A DNA stretch of 64,000 nt from Roseovarius sp. (GTDB lineage Bacteria > Pseudomonadota > Alphaproteobacteria > Rhodobacterales > Rhodobacteraceae). A program made the translations under genes and the position numbers. The notes under the pieces were generated by a model, which saw nothing but the letters and a program-made list of their open reading frames with translations, searched no databases and was not told the origin of the DNA. Where the stretch lies: assembly GCA_965207105.1 (NCBI GenBank), contig CBDBLS010000043.1, forward strand, positions 30,318 to 94,317, in the 5' to 3' direction. Of the stretch, positions 9,774 to 21,168 are shown piece by piece; the first letter of the stretch is position 1, and every line of letters starts with the position of its first letter.

Positions 9774-10998
9774 CATTTGCCAGATGTATTTGCCACGCTG
9801 CACCGACTGCTTGAAGCCAGAATGGGTAAGCCGGGCAAGCGAGAATACGTTCAAGTCTTGCGCCTTTTGGAGACCTTCGAAATGGATGTTGTGCAAGGCG
9901 CAATCCAGCAGGCAATAGATATGGGTGCAATTGGCTATGACGCCGTAAAACACCTTGTACTGTGTCGGGTTGAGAAGCGGCCACCACGATTGGATTTGGA
10001 CTTCTATCCATACTTGCCCAAGGCCAATGTCGGCACAACACGCCCATCCAGTTACATGAGCTTGATGGGAAGGACTGCGGCATGACCGAAGCCCCTCGGA
10101 TTCTTCTACGGCATCATCTTAAACAACTGCGACTGCCAACGTTCCAAGGCGAGTATGCCAAACAGGCGCAGCTCTGTGCTGCAGAGAACAAAGATCACAT
10201 CCACTATCTGGCGCGGCTGTGTGAGATGGAATTGATCGACCGCGAACGCCGGATGATTGAACGGCGCATCAAAGCGGCGAAGTTCCCCAGCACCAAGAGC
10301 TTGGATAGCTTTGACTTCAAGATCATGCCAAGCTTGAACAAGCCCCTGACGATGGATCTGGCACGATGCGATTACGTTAATCGCAGGGAGAACATCATCG
10401 CGCTCGGCCCGTCAGGCACGGGCAAGACACACATCGCCCTGGGACTTGGGCTGGCTGCATGTCAAAGAGGACTGAAGGTGCGCTTCACAACGGCTGCGGC
10501 ATTAGTCCATGATCTGATCGAGGCTCAAGATGAGCGGAGATTGCAGCGCCTTCAAAAGCAACTGACCAGCCAGAACCTGTTGATCATTGATGAACTGGGC
10601 TTCGTACCGCTCAGCAAATCTGGCGCAGAGCTGCTCTTCGAGGTCATATCCCAATGCTATGAACGCGGCTCCATCATCATAACCTCGAACCTGCCCTTCG
10701 ATGAATGGACTGAAGTCTTTGGCTCTGAGCGGCTGACCGGTGCGCTACTCGATCGTTTAACCCATCACGTCCACATCCTCGAGATGAATGGCGAAAGCTA
10801 TCGGCTCAAACACAGTCGCAACAACCGAAAATAACCAGCCCGCAATCACAGTCAGAATAATGCTGGCCTTATGGCCAGCATGCGCTTTGGCACGCTTCAG
10901 CTTTGTGACGAGCACGCGTGCAAAAGCGCCACAAAACATCAACCGAAGTGGCCCATTTTTACGCCGCGACATGGACCCATTTTACTCTGCGATTGACA
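9774..10998 (+). mobile_element. IS21 type X 3' fragment (istA tail, istB, right end)
   Basis: Near-perfect inverted copy of 5918-7142; starts directly at the left end of copy 1. Confidence 0.92.
10082..10834 (+). CDS. istB: IS21 helper ATPase
   Basis: Same protein as 6082..6834. Confidence 0.95.
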   Translation: MTEAPRILLRHHLKQLRLPTFQGEYAKQAQLCAAENKDHIHYLARLCEMELIDRERRMIERRIKAAKFPSTKSLDSFDFKIMPSLNKPLTMDLARCDYVNRRENIIALGPSGTGKTHIALGLGLAACQRGLKVRFTTAAALVHDLIEAQDERRLQRLQKQLTSQNLLIIDELGFVPLSKSGAELLFEVISQCYERGSIIITSNLPFDEWTEVFGSERLTGALLDRLTHHVHILEMNGESYRLKHSRNNRK

Positions 10999-11002
10999 TA
11001 TA

Positions 11003-12142
11003 TACACAGAGTCCTCGAGCACCCGACTTTTGACGGGTTGACGTCTGACCGTAGAACGATTCAGCTAGCCGCATGATCCGTCCCAACTTTCTTTCTCCCA
11101 CGGAGCGCCTTGAGCTTGAGTCCTGTGTGCGCAGTCAACGCGAAGATCATGGGATTGCACGGCGTGCAAATGCGCTCCTTTTGCTGGATGACGGGAAGTC
11201 CTGTCAAGTAATCGCGGAATTTCTATATTTGGACGACGACACCATTCGTGGCTGGCACAAAACCTACCGTGAAAGCGGCTGGGACGCGCTTGCCGCCGAT
11301 GGCTGGAAAGGGGGTCAATCTCGTATGGCCCCAGATCAAGAGGCTGCATTATGCGATTGGCTGAACGGTCGCTTCTGCCGTTCGACAGTTGAGATAAGAG
11401 CCCATATTTCAACAGAATTTGGCCTGCGCTACTCGCATTCTGGCTGCATCAAGCTTCTTGCCCGGCTCGGGTTTGAGTATCGCAAACCCAAGGCCCTGCC
11501 ACGGGGTGTATCTGTCGAGAAACAGGCCAGCTTCATTACGATGTACGAGCGGTTGATGACCGAGCTTGGCGCTGATGAAGCCGTTTATTTCGCTGATGCC
11601 GTCCACCCAGAATATCAGACAAAGCCTGCATATGGCTGGGTGAAGGCAGGCTCAAACCCCGCAGTCCCGACCACTGCTGGGCGAGGCCGTGTGAATATCC
11701 ATGGCGGGCTCAACCTTGAAACCTTCGACGCGCCCTTTGTCGAGCCAACCACCGTCGACGGTGTCAGTGCCACGCAGCTTCTAGCCAAGATTGAAACGCG
11801 CAACCCCGACAAGCGATTAATCCACGTCATCTGGGACAACGCGCCCTATCACAAAGGGCCGGATGTCAGGGCGTTTCTCGCAAGGCCAGATTGCCGCATC
11901 CACCTTATCCAGTTGCCGCCATACTGCCCGCACCTGAACCCCATTGAACGATTATGGGCTGTCATGCACCAGTTCGTGACGCACAATCATCATTACCCAA
12001 CCCAAAAACAGTTTGCGAATGCAATCCTGAAGTTCTTCCGCGTAACCATACCAAACGAGTGGAAAACATTCCGAAGCCAAGTCTCAGACAATTTTCGCGT
12101 CATAACTCATGAGAAGTTTCGGGTTTTGGCGTAGCTCCGGTA
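11003..12142 (+). mobile_element. IS630-family element, isoform B
   Basis: TA-flanked, TACACAGAG...CTCCGGTA. Confidence 0.9.
11073..12134 (+). CDS. IS630-family transposase
   Basis: DDE motifs as isoform A; same protein as 28949..30010. Confidence 0.93.
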   Translation: MIRPNFLSPTERLELESCVRSQREDHGIARRANALLLLDDGKSCQVIAEFLYLDDDTIRGWHKTYRESGWDALAADGWKGGQSRMAPDQEAALCDWLNGRFCRSTVEIRAHISTEFGLRYSHSGCIKLLARLGFEYRKPKALPRGVSVEKQASFITMYERLMTELGADEAVYFADAVHPEYQTKPAYGWVKAGSNPAVPTTAGRGRVNIHGGLNLETFDAPFVEPTTVDGVSATQLLAKIETRNPDKRLIHVIWDNAPYHKGPDVRAFLARPDCRIHLIQLPPYCPHLNPIERLWAVMHQFVTHNHHYPTQKQFANAILKFFRVTIPNEWKTFRSQVSDNFRVITHEKFRVLA

Positions 12143-12384
12143 TAGTATACTTTATTCACAAATCCCGCCCCCACAACCAAATTCTTAGTCTGGCAGTGGC
12201 TTCCGGGCATGTCAGACGGGGCGCAAGGCGCTCAAATCGAAAACCGAAAAGTTGATGTGCTGCGACGAGCGGGAAACGATGATCAGCCTAAACATGGAGC
12301 CTCCTCCGCAGAGAGCTTGTTCATGGACGAGCGGCACGACGTAGAGATTGATTGCCGGCAGTCAGGCGGATGCGGCACCCCTCG

Positions 12385-13542
12385 CTATTGGTCCGTGATC
12401 AATAAGCTGCGCGGATACTCAGTGATGTAATCAAAGCCGGTTTCCGTCACCACCACCGAATCTCCGATGCGCCCTGCGGTCACCCCGTCCACCGAGATGC
12501 CGCCATCCACCGCAAAGGTCATGCCGGGCTGCAACACGGTCTTGTCCCCCGCCTTTAACTCAGGTGCTTCAAGATAGGCCACCCCGATAGAACGGCCCGT
12601 GCGATACCCGGTTTCATAGCCCCGCTCGGCGTAAACCTCATCGGCGGCGGCGGCCACCTCCTGCGCCTGAATACCGGGGCGGATAGCAGCTATGGCGGCT
12701 TGCTGTGCGGCAATCGCGGCCTCTTGCACGCGTGCCCCTTCATCCGAAACCTCGCCAATGTGGAACATCCGATCAAAGCCCAGCTTGTATTGCTTGAACT
12801 GCGCCATATTGCAAAAACAGAAATAGACCGGATCTCCGCGTTCATAGGCCTTCACGCTGGCGCGGCGATGCACCATCGAGGCGTCTTTGCCGCTTTGCAG
12901 AATTTGCAGGTTGTGGATCATCGGCGAGATGAACCTGTCCCAGCCCTTGTCGGTCAGAAACGTCGCCGCCTTGCGCGAGCCCGCTTCGATAACGGCCAAT
13001 GCGCTTTCATATTCCTGCGCGCCTTCCCGAAGGCTGTGATGCGCGGCCTTCATCATCGCGCCTGCGATCTGACCAGCTTCTTTCATCACCTGAATCTCAA
13101 ACGGCGTCTTGATCACACGCATTTCGCCCAAGACCGGCGAAATGTCCTTAAGCGGCACGCCGGGATAGGTTCCATCCAGATGATTGCGCACGATGGCGGG
13201 CAAGGTGCCGCGTTCGATCCAGATTTCACCGGGTGTGTCGCCCAGAGCCCCGGCCAGCGCACGGCCCCAGCTGCGTTGACCCATGTCCTCCCAAACTCGG
13301 ATATCCTCGACCCATGTCATCGCACCGACCATTTCGGATTCCATCAGCGGGGTAATCACGATGGGGGCGTCATCGCCGGCAACCACCAACATCGTGGGGC
13401 GGCCAAATTCGATGCCCAGATAGCCCCAAAACCCAGCCAGATAGGCGATGGAAGATCCATCGGTAAAGACCGCGCGGGTGATGCCGAGCTCTTTCATGCG
13501 GGCCTGCAGAACAAGGGTGCGGGATTTGGCTTGGTCAAGCAT
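12385..13542 (-). CDS. M24-family (Xaa-Pro peptidase/creatinase-like) hydrolase
   Basis: MRVIKTPFEI, GRSIGV..EAP, LQPGMTFAVD, RIGDSVVVTETG; canonical metal ligands replaced, so may be a non-metal amidohydrolase. Confidence 0.85.
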   Translation of the reverse strand: MLDQAKSRTLVLQARMKELGITRAVFTDGSSIAYLAGFWGYLGIEFGRPTMLVVAGDDAPIVITPLMESEMVGAMTWVEDIRVWEDMGQRSWGRALAGALGDTPGEIWIERGTLPAIVRNHLDGTYPGVPLKDISPVLGEMRVIKTPFEIQVMKEAGQIAGAMMKAAHHSLREGAQEYESALAVIEAGSRKAATFLTDKGWDRFISPMIHNLQILQSGKDASMVHRRASVKAYERGDPVYFCFCNMAQFKQYKLGFDRMFHIGEVSDEGARVQEAAIAAQQAAIAAIRPGIQAQEVAAAADEVYAERGYETGYRTGRSIGVAYLEAPELKAGDKTVLQPGMTFAVDGGISVDGVTAGRIGDSVVVTETGFDYITEYPRSLLITDQ

Positions 13543-13680
13543 AGGTTTGGTCCTTTGATTGCGGAATCGGGCCGATGCCATTTTTCTAAGCTGTATACAG
13601 CATGAGAGTCAATCGCGCGACTGAAGCAACTATTTGCACCATTTATGCGTCTGATGTATGCAGGCCAGACTAAGGAGCGC

Positions 13681-14370
13681 ATGATGATCCACAATACAGA
13701 TGTTGTGACTACAGACCAGAAAAGCACTGTTGAGACCATTCAGCCCGACATTCTACAGCGCATTTGTTTTCTGGAGTACCCTCCCGGCACCCCACTGAAA
13801 GAAGCCGCACTGGCCGCTGAATTTGGCGTCAGCCGCACGCCGGTACGCGACGCGACCAGCCGGATCAGCCATCTGGGATTGGTCGAAACCCGCAACGGTG
13901 TGGGCAGCGTGGTTGGGGCCTTGCCTGCGGCCAAAATCCACCATGTCTATGCCATGCGGCTGGAACTGGCCGGGATGATTGGCACCATGTCACCGTGCCA
14001 GATCACAGATGCGGGTCGCCGCGCGGGTGATGCCCTTTTGCACGCCGCTACCGTTTTGGCCGCGCAGTTTGATCCCCGACAGTATGTCGAGGTCAATCAC
14101 CAGCTTCACAGCCTGATCGCCAGCCTGATTGGCAACAGCACGCTGCAATCCTTTTGGTGGCAGACCTACTATCAGGCTGCGAGCACCTAGTATCGCATGG
14201 CCAACACGCTGGGGCGAGAGGTGGCCGAGGCGCTGGTGGCGGAACTTCGGGATATCACCACGGCCCTGGACAATGGCGATCCAGCGGCCGTTGGATTTAT
14301 CCAACGCACCCATATCGGATATGGGTATCAGCGGATAAAAACCCATCTGCTGGCCCCCAAGCCAGAGTAG
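13681..14370 (+). pseudogene. GntR/FCD regulator with in-frame TAG at 14188-14190
   Basis: LAAEFGVSRTPVRDA HTH; frame continues YRMANTLG...KPE* after TAG. Confidence 0.85.
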
Positions 14371-14376
14371 CCACCA

Positions 14377-14407
14377 AAAAACCCGGCCAGTTTCCAGGCC
14401 GGGTTTT
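14377..14407. terminator. Bidirectional rho-independent terminator
   Basis: AAAACCCGGCC-N-GGCCGGGTTTT between convergent genes. Confidence 0.75.
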
Positions 14408-14429
14408 CCATCTTTATGGGGCCACAGAC

Positions 14430-14840
14430 TTAGGCCATTGTGCCGCCTTGCGGGATGCGCAGGCGCTGCCCGGGATAGATCTTGTCCGGGTGGCTGAGCA
14501 TCGGCTTGTTGGCCTCGAAAATCTCTTCGTAGCGCGCACCATTGCCAAGGGTCTCGGTGGCAATCGCCCAAAGCGTGTCGCCCTTCTTGACCTCGTGGAA
14601 CACCGGATCATCGCCGCCCGCGTTATCTTCCACCGCGGCCACACCGGCGGCATTACCCACCGCCATGATCACCTTTTCCTTGAGCTCCTGGCTGACGGCT
14701 GTGCCGGAGACTTTCACCACGTCACCCACGACACTGATGTCCAGACCGGCGGTATCAAGCCCCAGGTCCTCGACCTCTTTTTGCAGGGCCTCTGCCTCGG
14801 GCGGTTCTTCCTCGCCCTTCCAGAAATTCCAAAATCCCAT
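14430..14840 (-). CDS. BON-LysM protein (Kbp/YgaU-like)
   Basis: BON domain then HEVKKGDTLWAIA...IFEANKPMLSHPDKIYPGQRLRIP. Confidence 0.9.
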   Translation of the reverse strand: MGFWNFWKGEEEPPEAEALQKEVEDLGLDTAGLDISVVGDVVKVSGTAVSQELKEKVIMAVGNAAGVAAVEDNAGGDDPVFHEVKKGDTLWAIATETLGNGARYEEIFEANKPMLSHPDKIYPGQRLRIPQGGTMA

Positions 14841-14918
14841 CGTCCGTACCTCTCTGATATTCTGAACAGATAGAGGTATCATCCCGATCACGGCCTTGCG
14901 AACAAGGGGAAAAACGCC

Positions 14919-16715
14919 CTAAGCCGCCTCAAACCCGGTGAATTGCAGACGCGCCAGACGGGCATAAAGCCCGCCTTCGGCCACAAGGCTGTTATGGGTG
15001 CCAGTGGCGACAATGCGCCCCTGATCCATCACGATAATGCGGTCGGCCTGCTTCACTGTGGCCAGACGGTGGGCGACGATGATGGTGGTGCGGGTGCGGG
15101 CCATCGCCTCGACCGCCTGCTGCACAGCACGTTCGCTTTCCGCGTCCAGCGCCGATGTGGCCTCGTCCAGCAGCAGCAAAGGCGCATCGCGCAGGATCGC
15201 CCGGGCGATGGCAATCCGTTGCTTTTGCCCCCCCGACAGCATCACGCCGCGTTCGCCGACATAGGTCTCGTATCCCTGCGGCATCGCACTGATAAACGCG
15301 TGCGCGGCAGCGGCGCGGGCGGCCTCTTCGACCTCGCCGTCGGTGGCATCCAGACGACCAAAGCGAATGTTTTCGCGCGCCGAGGCGGCAAAAATCACCG
15401 GGTCTTGCGGCACCAGCGCCATGGACCCGCGAAAGTCGTCGCGGCGCATGTTTTGCAGCGGTACGTTGTCAAATGTGATCTGCCCGGCATCCGGGTCATA
15501 GAACCGCTGGATTAGCTGAATGATGGTGGTCTTGCCCGCCCCTGACGGGCCGACAAGCGCGACAGTTTCGCCCGGCTTGATCTCAAGATCGAACCCATTC
15601 AGCGCCTTCGTTTCCGGGCGTGCGGGATAGCGAAAACTGACATCCTCAAACCGCATTGCGCCCCTGGCTGGGGTCGGCAGCGGCACAGGATTGACCGGAT
15701 CAACCACCCGGTCCTCGGCCTGCAAAAGTTCGACCAGACGCTCGGTGGCACCGGCGGCGCGTTGCAATTCGCCCCAGATTTCCGACAGGGCCGCAACAGC
15801 GCCTGCCACCATCACCGAATAGATCACGAACTGGATCAGCATACCGGGGGTCATCGTGCCCGCACGCACTGCATTCGCACCCATCCAGAGCACGCCGACA
15901 ATGCCGGTAAACACCAGGAAAATAACGATAACCGTCATCAAGGCGCGAGTGTTTACCCGGCGGTGCGCGGCGACATAGCTGCGCTCGGTGATATCAGAAA
16001 ACTGGGCGCGGCTGGCGGTCTCGTGGGTAAAGGCCTGCACGGTCTGCACACTCAGAAGCGCCTCGGAGGCATTGCCGGAACTGGCCGCGATCCAGTCCTG
16101 GTTCTCGCGGCTGAGGCCCCGCAACTTGCGCCCCAGCACAAGGACCGGCACAATCACCAGCGGCACGATCAGCAACACCATGCCCGTCAGCTTGGCCGAG
16201 GTGAACAGCATCAACACCAATCCCCCCAGGAAAATCAGCACGTTGCGCAGCGCAATGGAAATGGACGAGCCGATCACGCTGAGGATCAGCGTCGTGTCGG
16301 TGGTGATCCGGCTGAGGACCTCGCCGGTCAGGATGTTCTCAAAGTAAGCCGGGCTCATCCCGATCACGCGGCTGAACACCGCCTTGCGGATATCGGCCAC
16401 CACCCGTTCACCCAGCCGTGTGACCAGCAGATAGCGCAGCCCGGTGCCAACCGCCAACAGCGCGGCAATCCCAAGGGCGGCGGTAAAGTAGTAATCCAGG
16501 ATTGCACCATCCTCGACGCCAAAATTGTCCACCACCCGGCGCACGGCCATCGGCAGAACCAGCGACACCGTCGCCGTCAGCATCAACGCAAGCACGGCTG
16601 CGACGACAAGCATGCGGTAAGGCTTGAGAAACGGCCAGAGTTCGGCAAGCGCGCCAATCTTCTTTGACTTGTCCCGATCCAGACTTTCCGTCCCTTCCGG
16701 GGTTCTGCGGACCAT
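14919..16715 (-). CDS. ABC exporter, fused permease/ATPase (MsbA-like)
   Basis: TM domain; GPSGAGKT, LSGGQKQR, LLLDEATSALD. Confidence 0.92.
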   Translation of the reverse strand: MVRRTPEGTESLDRDKSKKIGALAELWPFLKPYRMLVVAAVLALMLTATVSLVLPMAVRRVVDNFGVEDGAILDYYFTAALGIAALLAVGTGLRYLLVTRLGERVVADIRKAVFSRVIGMSPAYFENILTGEVLSRITTDTTLILSVIGSSISIALRNVLIFLGGLVLMLFTSAKLTGMVLLIVPLVIVPVLVLGRKLRGLSRENQDWIAASSGNASEALLSVQTVQAFTHETASRAQFSDITERSYVAAHRRVNTRALMTVIVIFLVFTGIVGVLWMGANAVRAGTMTPGMLIQFVIYSVMVAGAVAALSEIWGELQRAAGATERLVELLQAEDRVVDPVNPVPLPTPARGAMRFEDVSFRYPARPETKALNGFDLEIKPGETVALVGPSGAGKTTIIQLIQRFYDPDAGQITFDNVPLQNMRRDDFRGSMALVPQDPVIFAASARENIRFGRLDATDGEVEEAARAAAAHAFISAMPQGYETYVGERGVMLSGGQKQRIAIARAILRDAPLLLLDEATSALDAESERAVQQAVEAMARTRTTIIVAHRLATVKQADRIIVMDQGRIVATGTHNSLVAEGGLYARLARLQFTGFEAA

Positions 16716-16804
16716 GATGCCTCCTGAATTGCGTTAAGTGCACGCGTTTTGGCGGGCAACGGCAGGGGCGTCAATAGCCAGATATGTCACAGGAAGGATT
16801 GGAT

Positions 16805-16878
16805 TGGAGCGGGCGGCGGGAATCGAACCCGCGTCATTAGCTTGGAAGGCTAAGGTCTTACCACTACACAACGCCCGC
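16805..16878 (-). tRNA. tRNA-Gly(TCC)
   Basis: GCGGGCG acceptor, CCTTCCAAG anticodon loop, GGTTCGATTCC T-arm, CCA end; 74 nt. Confidence 0.95.
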
Positions 16879-16970
16879 TCTACGGGTTGAGCGATTACTT
16901 GATGGGGTTTGGCGCGTCAAGTCAGACCTGTCGCCAAGACCCGTCAGATCGCGAAAACGCCAGGTTGCTC

Positions 16971-16984
16971 TTGATAAAAGTCAA
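16971..16984. promoter_or_regulatory. FNR/Dnr-type binding site upstream of nap
   Basis: TTGAT-AAAA-GTCAA vs consensus TTGAT-N4-ATCAA. Confidence 0.75.
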
Positions 16985-17054
16985 TCATTTTTTCGCCCGA
17001 CTCGGCCACAATCGGAAGTGGAAATCATGCCGCTGACGAGAACGGAGGCAAAAG

Positions 17055-17561
17055 GTGATTGACCGCTCGGCGAGACGCGCGTTTTTGCGCGGACGCTTTC
17101 AGGATACACATGCGATACGACCGCCGGGAGCCGCGCCCTGGCAGAGCTTTTTGGAGGCATGCACGCGCTGCACCGACTGCGCAACTGCCTGCCCCGAACA
17201 GATCATCGCCTTTGACGCTGACGGGTTGCCCGTGGTCGATCCTCAGGCCGGTGCCTGCACGTTTTGCGGGGCCTGTACCGAGGCCTGTCCAACCGAGGCG
17301 CTGACCGCCGGGCGCCCCTGGCCCTGGACCGCGAAAGTGGCCGACACCTGCCTGTCAATGAACGGCGTACAGTGTCGCGCCTGCGAAGATCACTGCGATG
17401 ATCGCGCCATTCGCTTTCGCCTGGCATTGGCTGGCAAGGCCACCCCCGAGATTGATCTTGAGGCCTGCACCGGATGTGGGGCCTGCGTGGACCCCTGCCC
17501 GGTCAATGCCATCGCGCTGACTCGCGCGCCCCACACTATACAGGAGACCGCGAAATGCTGA
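17055..17561 (+). CDS. napF: Ferredoxin-type protein NapF
   Basis: IRPPGA, four Cys clusters, first gene of operon. Confidence 0.9.
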   Translation: MIDRSARRAFLRGRFQDTHAIRPPGAAPWQSFLEACTRCTDCATACPEQIIAFDADGLPVVDPQAGACTFCGACTEACPTEALTAGRPWPWTAKVADTCLSMNGVQCRACEDHCDDRAIRFRLALAGKATPEIDLEACTGCGACVDPCPVNAIALTRAPHTIQETAKC

Positions 17562-17818
17562 ACATTTGCGGATGTCTGGTTCACGCCATGCCCGACCGGG
17601 CCGAAGACATCATCGCCGCCATCAACGCGACCGAGGGCAGCGAAGTGCATGCCCATGAGGACGGACGCATCGTGATCACCGTCGAAGACACCGACACCCG
17701 TCGCGCATCCGAGCAGATCATGGAGCTGCACCAGATCCCCGGCGTGCTGACCATTTCACTGACATACCACCACTTTGAAGAGGCCGAGACCCCCGACGCC
17801 CCAACCCTGAAACACTGA
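17555..17818 (+). CDS. napD: NapA chaperone NapD
   Basis: MLNICGCLVH...GRIVITVE...GVLTISLTYH; position. Confidence 0.9.
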   Translation: MLNICGCLVHAMPDRAEDIIAAINATEGSEVHAHEDGRIVITVEDTDTRRASEQIMELHQIPGVLTISLTYHHFEEAETPDAPTLKH

Positions 17819-17836
17819 GCCTGGGAGGCTAGCCAG

Positions 17837-20332
17837 ATGACCACATCCCGCCGTTCTTTCCTCAAAGCCACCGCCGCCGCGGCCACTGCGTCTGCTGCGG
17901 GCATCACCATGCCTGATCAGGCCGCCGCACAGGCGCGCGCCTCAGATATCCGCTGGGACAAGGCCGCGTGCCGGTTCTGCGGCACCGGGTGTTCGGTGCT
18001 GGTAGGCGTCAAGGAGGGTCGCGTTGTCGCCACGCAAGGAGACCCCGAAGCGCCGGTGAACCGGGGCCTGAACTGCATAAAGGGCTATTTCCTGTCCAAG
18101 ATCATGTATGGCGCCGACCGGTTGACCACCCCGCTGCTGCGCAAAACCAACGGTGTTTACGACAAGGAAGGTGAATTTGAACCGGTCAGCTGGGACGAAG
18201 CGTTCCAGGTCATGTCGACCAAGTGGAAAGAGGCGATCGCCAAGAAAGGCCCGACCGCCGTGTCGATGTTCGGCTCGGGCCAATGGACCGTCTGGGAAGG
18301 CTATGCCGCTGCCAAGTTCATGAAGGCCGGCATCCGTTCAAACAACATCGACCCCAATGCGCGCCACTGCATGGCCTCGGCTGTGGCCTCGTTCATCCGC
18401 ACCTTCGGCATTGATGAACCGATGGGCTGTTATGACGACCTGGAACATGCCGATACCTTCGTGCTGTGGGGGTTGAACATGGCCGAGATGCACCCGATCC
18501 TGTGGTCGCGCCTGACCGATACGCGCCTGACCAAGCCGGGTGCTGAGGTGCATGTGCTGTCGACGTTCGAGCATCGCTCGTTCGAGTTGGCGGATAACGG
18601 CATGATCTTTGCCCCGCAAACCGACCTGGCGATCCTGAACTATATCGCGAATTACATCATCCAGACCGGTGCCGTGAACGAAGAGTTCATGAAAAACCAC
18701 GTCAATATCACCAAAACCGCGACCGGCATCGGCTATGGTCTGCGCCCCAATCACGAATTGGAAGAAGCCGCCGAGAACCCCTCGCACGAAGGCAAGCATG
18801 GCAAGCTGTCGCCGATGACATTCGAGGAGTATGCCGAAGCGGTTTCGAAATACACCGTTGAATATGTTGAGGAATTGTCCGGCGTTCCGGCTGCCAAACT
18901 GGAACGTCTGGCCCAGCAATATGCCGATCCCAACCGCAAGGTGATGTCGCTCTGGACCATGGGGTTCAATCAGCACACTCGCGGATCATGGGTGAATTAG
19001 CTGATGTATAACGTGCACCTGCTGGTCGGCAAAATCTCGGAACCGGGCAATTCGCCCTTCTCGCTGACCGGTCAACCCTCGGCCTGCGGGACCGCGCGCG
19101 AGGTCGGCACCTTTGCCCACCGTCTGCCTGCCGATATGGTGGTGATGAAAGAAGAACACCGCGACATCTGCGAAACCGCCTGGGGTATCCCGAAAGGCAC
19201 CATTCCAGGCAAGCCGGGATTCCACGCGGTGCTGCAACACCGGATGTTGAAAGATGGCATACTGAACTGCCACTGGGTGCAATGTACCAACAACCTGCAA
19301 GCCGCGCCCAACATGAACGAAGAAGGCCTGCCGGGCTATCGCAACCCGGAAAACTTCATCGTCGTGTCCGACCCCTACCCGACCGTCACGGCAACAGCCG
19401 CCGACCTGATCCTGCCCACCGCCATGTGGGTCGAAAAAGAAGGCGCCTATGGCAATGCCGAACGCCGCACTCAGTTCTGGCGTGAACAGGTCGCCGCACC
19501 GGGTCAATCCAAATCGGATGTCTGGCAGGTCATGGAATTCTCGAAATACTTCAAGACCGATGGCGTCTGGCCAGCCGAGTTGCTGGACCAGAAGCCCGAG
19601 CTGCGTGGCAAGACCCTCTATGAGGTGCTGTTCACCAATGGTGTGGTCGACAAATACCCAACCTCGGACATTGCCGAGGGCTTTGGCAACCACGAGTCGA
19701 AAGACTTCGGCTACTACGTCCAGAAGGGTCTGTTCGAGGAATACGCCCAGTTTGGTCGCGGCCATGCCCACGATCTGGCCGACTTTGACACCTATCACGC
19801 CTCGCGCGGTCTGCGCTGGCCGGTGGTTGATGGCAAGGAAACGCTCTATCGCTTCCGCGAAGGCTATGACCCCTATGTCGAAGAAGGCGCAGGCGTTCAG
19901 TTCTACGGCAAGCCCGACGGCAAGGCCAATATCATCTACGCCCCGTATGAACCCGCCGCCGAGGCCCCGGATGACGAATTTGATCTGTGGTTTGTCACCG
20001 GTCGGGTGCTGGAGCACTGGCACTCGGGCTCGATGACACGCCGCGTGCCGGAACTGCACCGGTCCTTCCCCTTCGCCGTGGTCTTCATGCATCCCGACGA
20101 CGCCAAGGGTCGCGGGTTGCGCCGGGGTCAGGAGATCGAAATCTCGACCCGTCGCGGATCGGTTCTGAGCCGGGTGGAAACCCGCGGGCGCAACAAGATG
20201 CCCAAAGGCGTCGTGTTCATGCCGTGGTTCGACGAAGGCCAGCTGACCAACAAGCTGACGCTGGACGCCACCTGTCCGATCTCGAAAGAGACCGATTTCA
20301 AAAAATGCGCCTGCAAGGTTGAACGCGCGTAA
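17837..20332 (+). pseudogene. napA: Periplasmic nitrate reductase catalytic subunit, in-frame TAG at 18998-19000
   Basis: Tat [24 protein letters not shown]-term [10 protein letters not shown]; two ORFs in the same frame. Confidence 0.93.
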
Positions 20333-20358
20333 CCACACCCCGACAAAAGGCCAGCACA

Positions 20359-21168
20359 ATGTTCGCCAGCTCACGTAAACCCCGCTCCGACATGAACCGG
20401 CGTCGCTTCCTTCAGGATGCGGCCCGCGCGGCCACAGGGTGTAGCCTGGCGGGCGCTGGCCTTGCGTATTTTGTAACCGACGCACGCGCGCTCCCAGCGC
20501 AGGCGTTGCGACCGGCCCCCGGGGTCCTGCCTGAGGCGGACTTCCTGGGGGCCTGTATTCGCTGCGGGCTATGCGTGCGCGATTGCCCCTATGACACGCT
20601 GTCCCTGGCCGAGCTTGGGTTCGACGGCCCGGCCACCGGCACACCGTTTTTTACCGCCCGTGATATCCCCTGCGAGATGTGCGAGGATATTCCTTGTGTC
20701 GTCGCTTGCCCGACTGGCGCACTGGATCACAACCTGACCGATATGGGCGTGGCCGTTCTGGTGGATGAGGAAACCTGCCTCAACGCATTGGGCCTGCGCT
20801 GTGACGTATGCTACCGCGTCTGCCCCGCGATTGACGAGGCGATCACGCTGGAACGCAGCCACAATGAGCGCTCGGGCCACCACGCGATTTTCATGCCCAC
20901 GGTCCATTCCGAGGCCTGCACCGGCTGTGGCAAATGCGAAAAATCCTGTGTGCTGCCCGAGGCCGCGATGAAAATCCTGCCCCAACGCTTGGCCAAGGGC
21001 GAGGCGGCCGAGCATTACAAGCTAGGCTGGGAAGACCCCAATCCGCTAGTCGATGAGCTGATCGACCTGCCCGACCGCCTGCCGGGGCCGGGCACCGACA
21101 ATCTGGCAGCGCCCGGCGGGTTTGAGCCGACCTTCAAACTGCCAACAGTTGGGGGAACAAGCCAATGA
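20359..21168 (+). CDS. napG: Ferredoxin-type NapG (small in-frame deletion suspected)
   Basis: RRRFL, CIRCGLCVRDCPY, CEMCEDIPC, CTGCGKCE. Confidence 0.88.
   Translation: MFASSRKPRSDMNRRRFLQDAARAATGCSLAGAGLAYFVTDARALPAQALRPAPGVLPEADFLGACIRCGLCVRDCPYDTLSLAELGFDGPATGTPFFTARDIPCEMCEDIPCVVACPTGALDHNLTDMGVAVLVDEETCLNALGLRCDVCYRVCPAIDEAITLERSHNERSGHHAIFMPTVHSEACTGCGKCEKSCVLPEAAMKILPQRLAKGEAAEHYKLGWEDPNPLVDELIDLPDRLPGPGTDNLAAPGGFEPTFKLPTVGGTSQ

Noticed and set aside
2947-10998. CRISPR-associated transposon (array near IstA/IstB)
   Set aside because: No cas or tniQ genes; the IS21 copies also occur far from the array.
12145-12384. Possible IS end or small ORF between IS630-B and the M24 gene
   Set aside because: No matching second end or recognisable motif.
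16805-16878. tRNA-Gly as an island attachment site
   Set aside because: No duplicate 3' end or adjacent integrase seen.
18986-20644. Long antisense ORFs (552 aa here; also 21015-22274, 24170-25363, 25868-26986)
   Set aside because: Shadow frames of GC-rich genes with no recognisable motifs.
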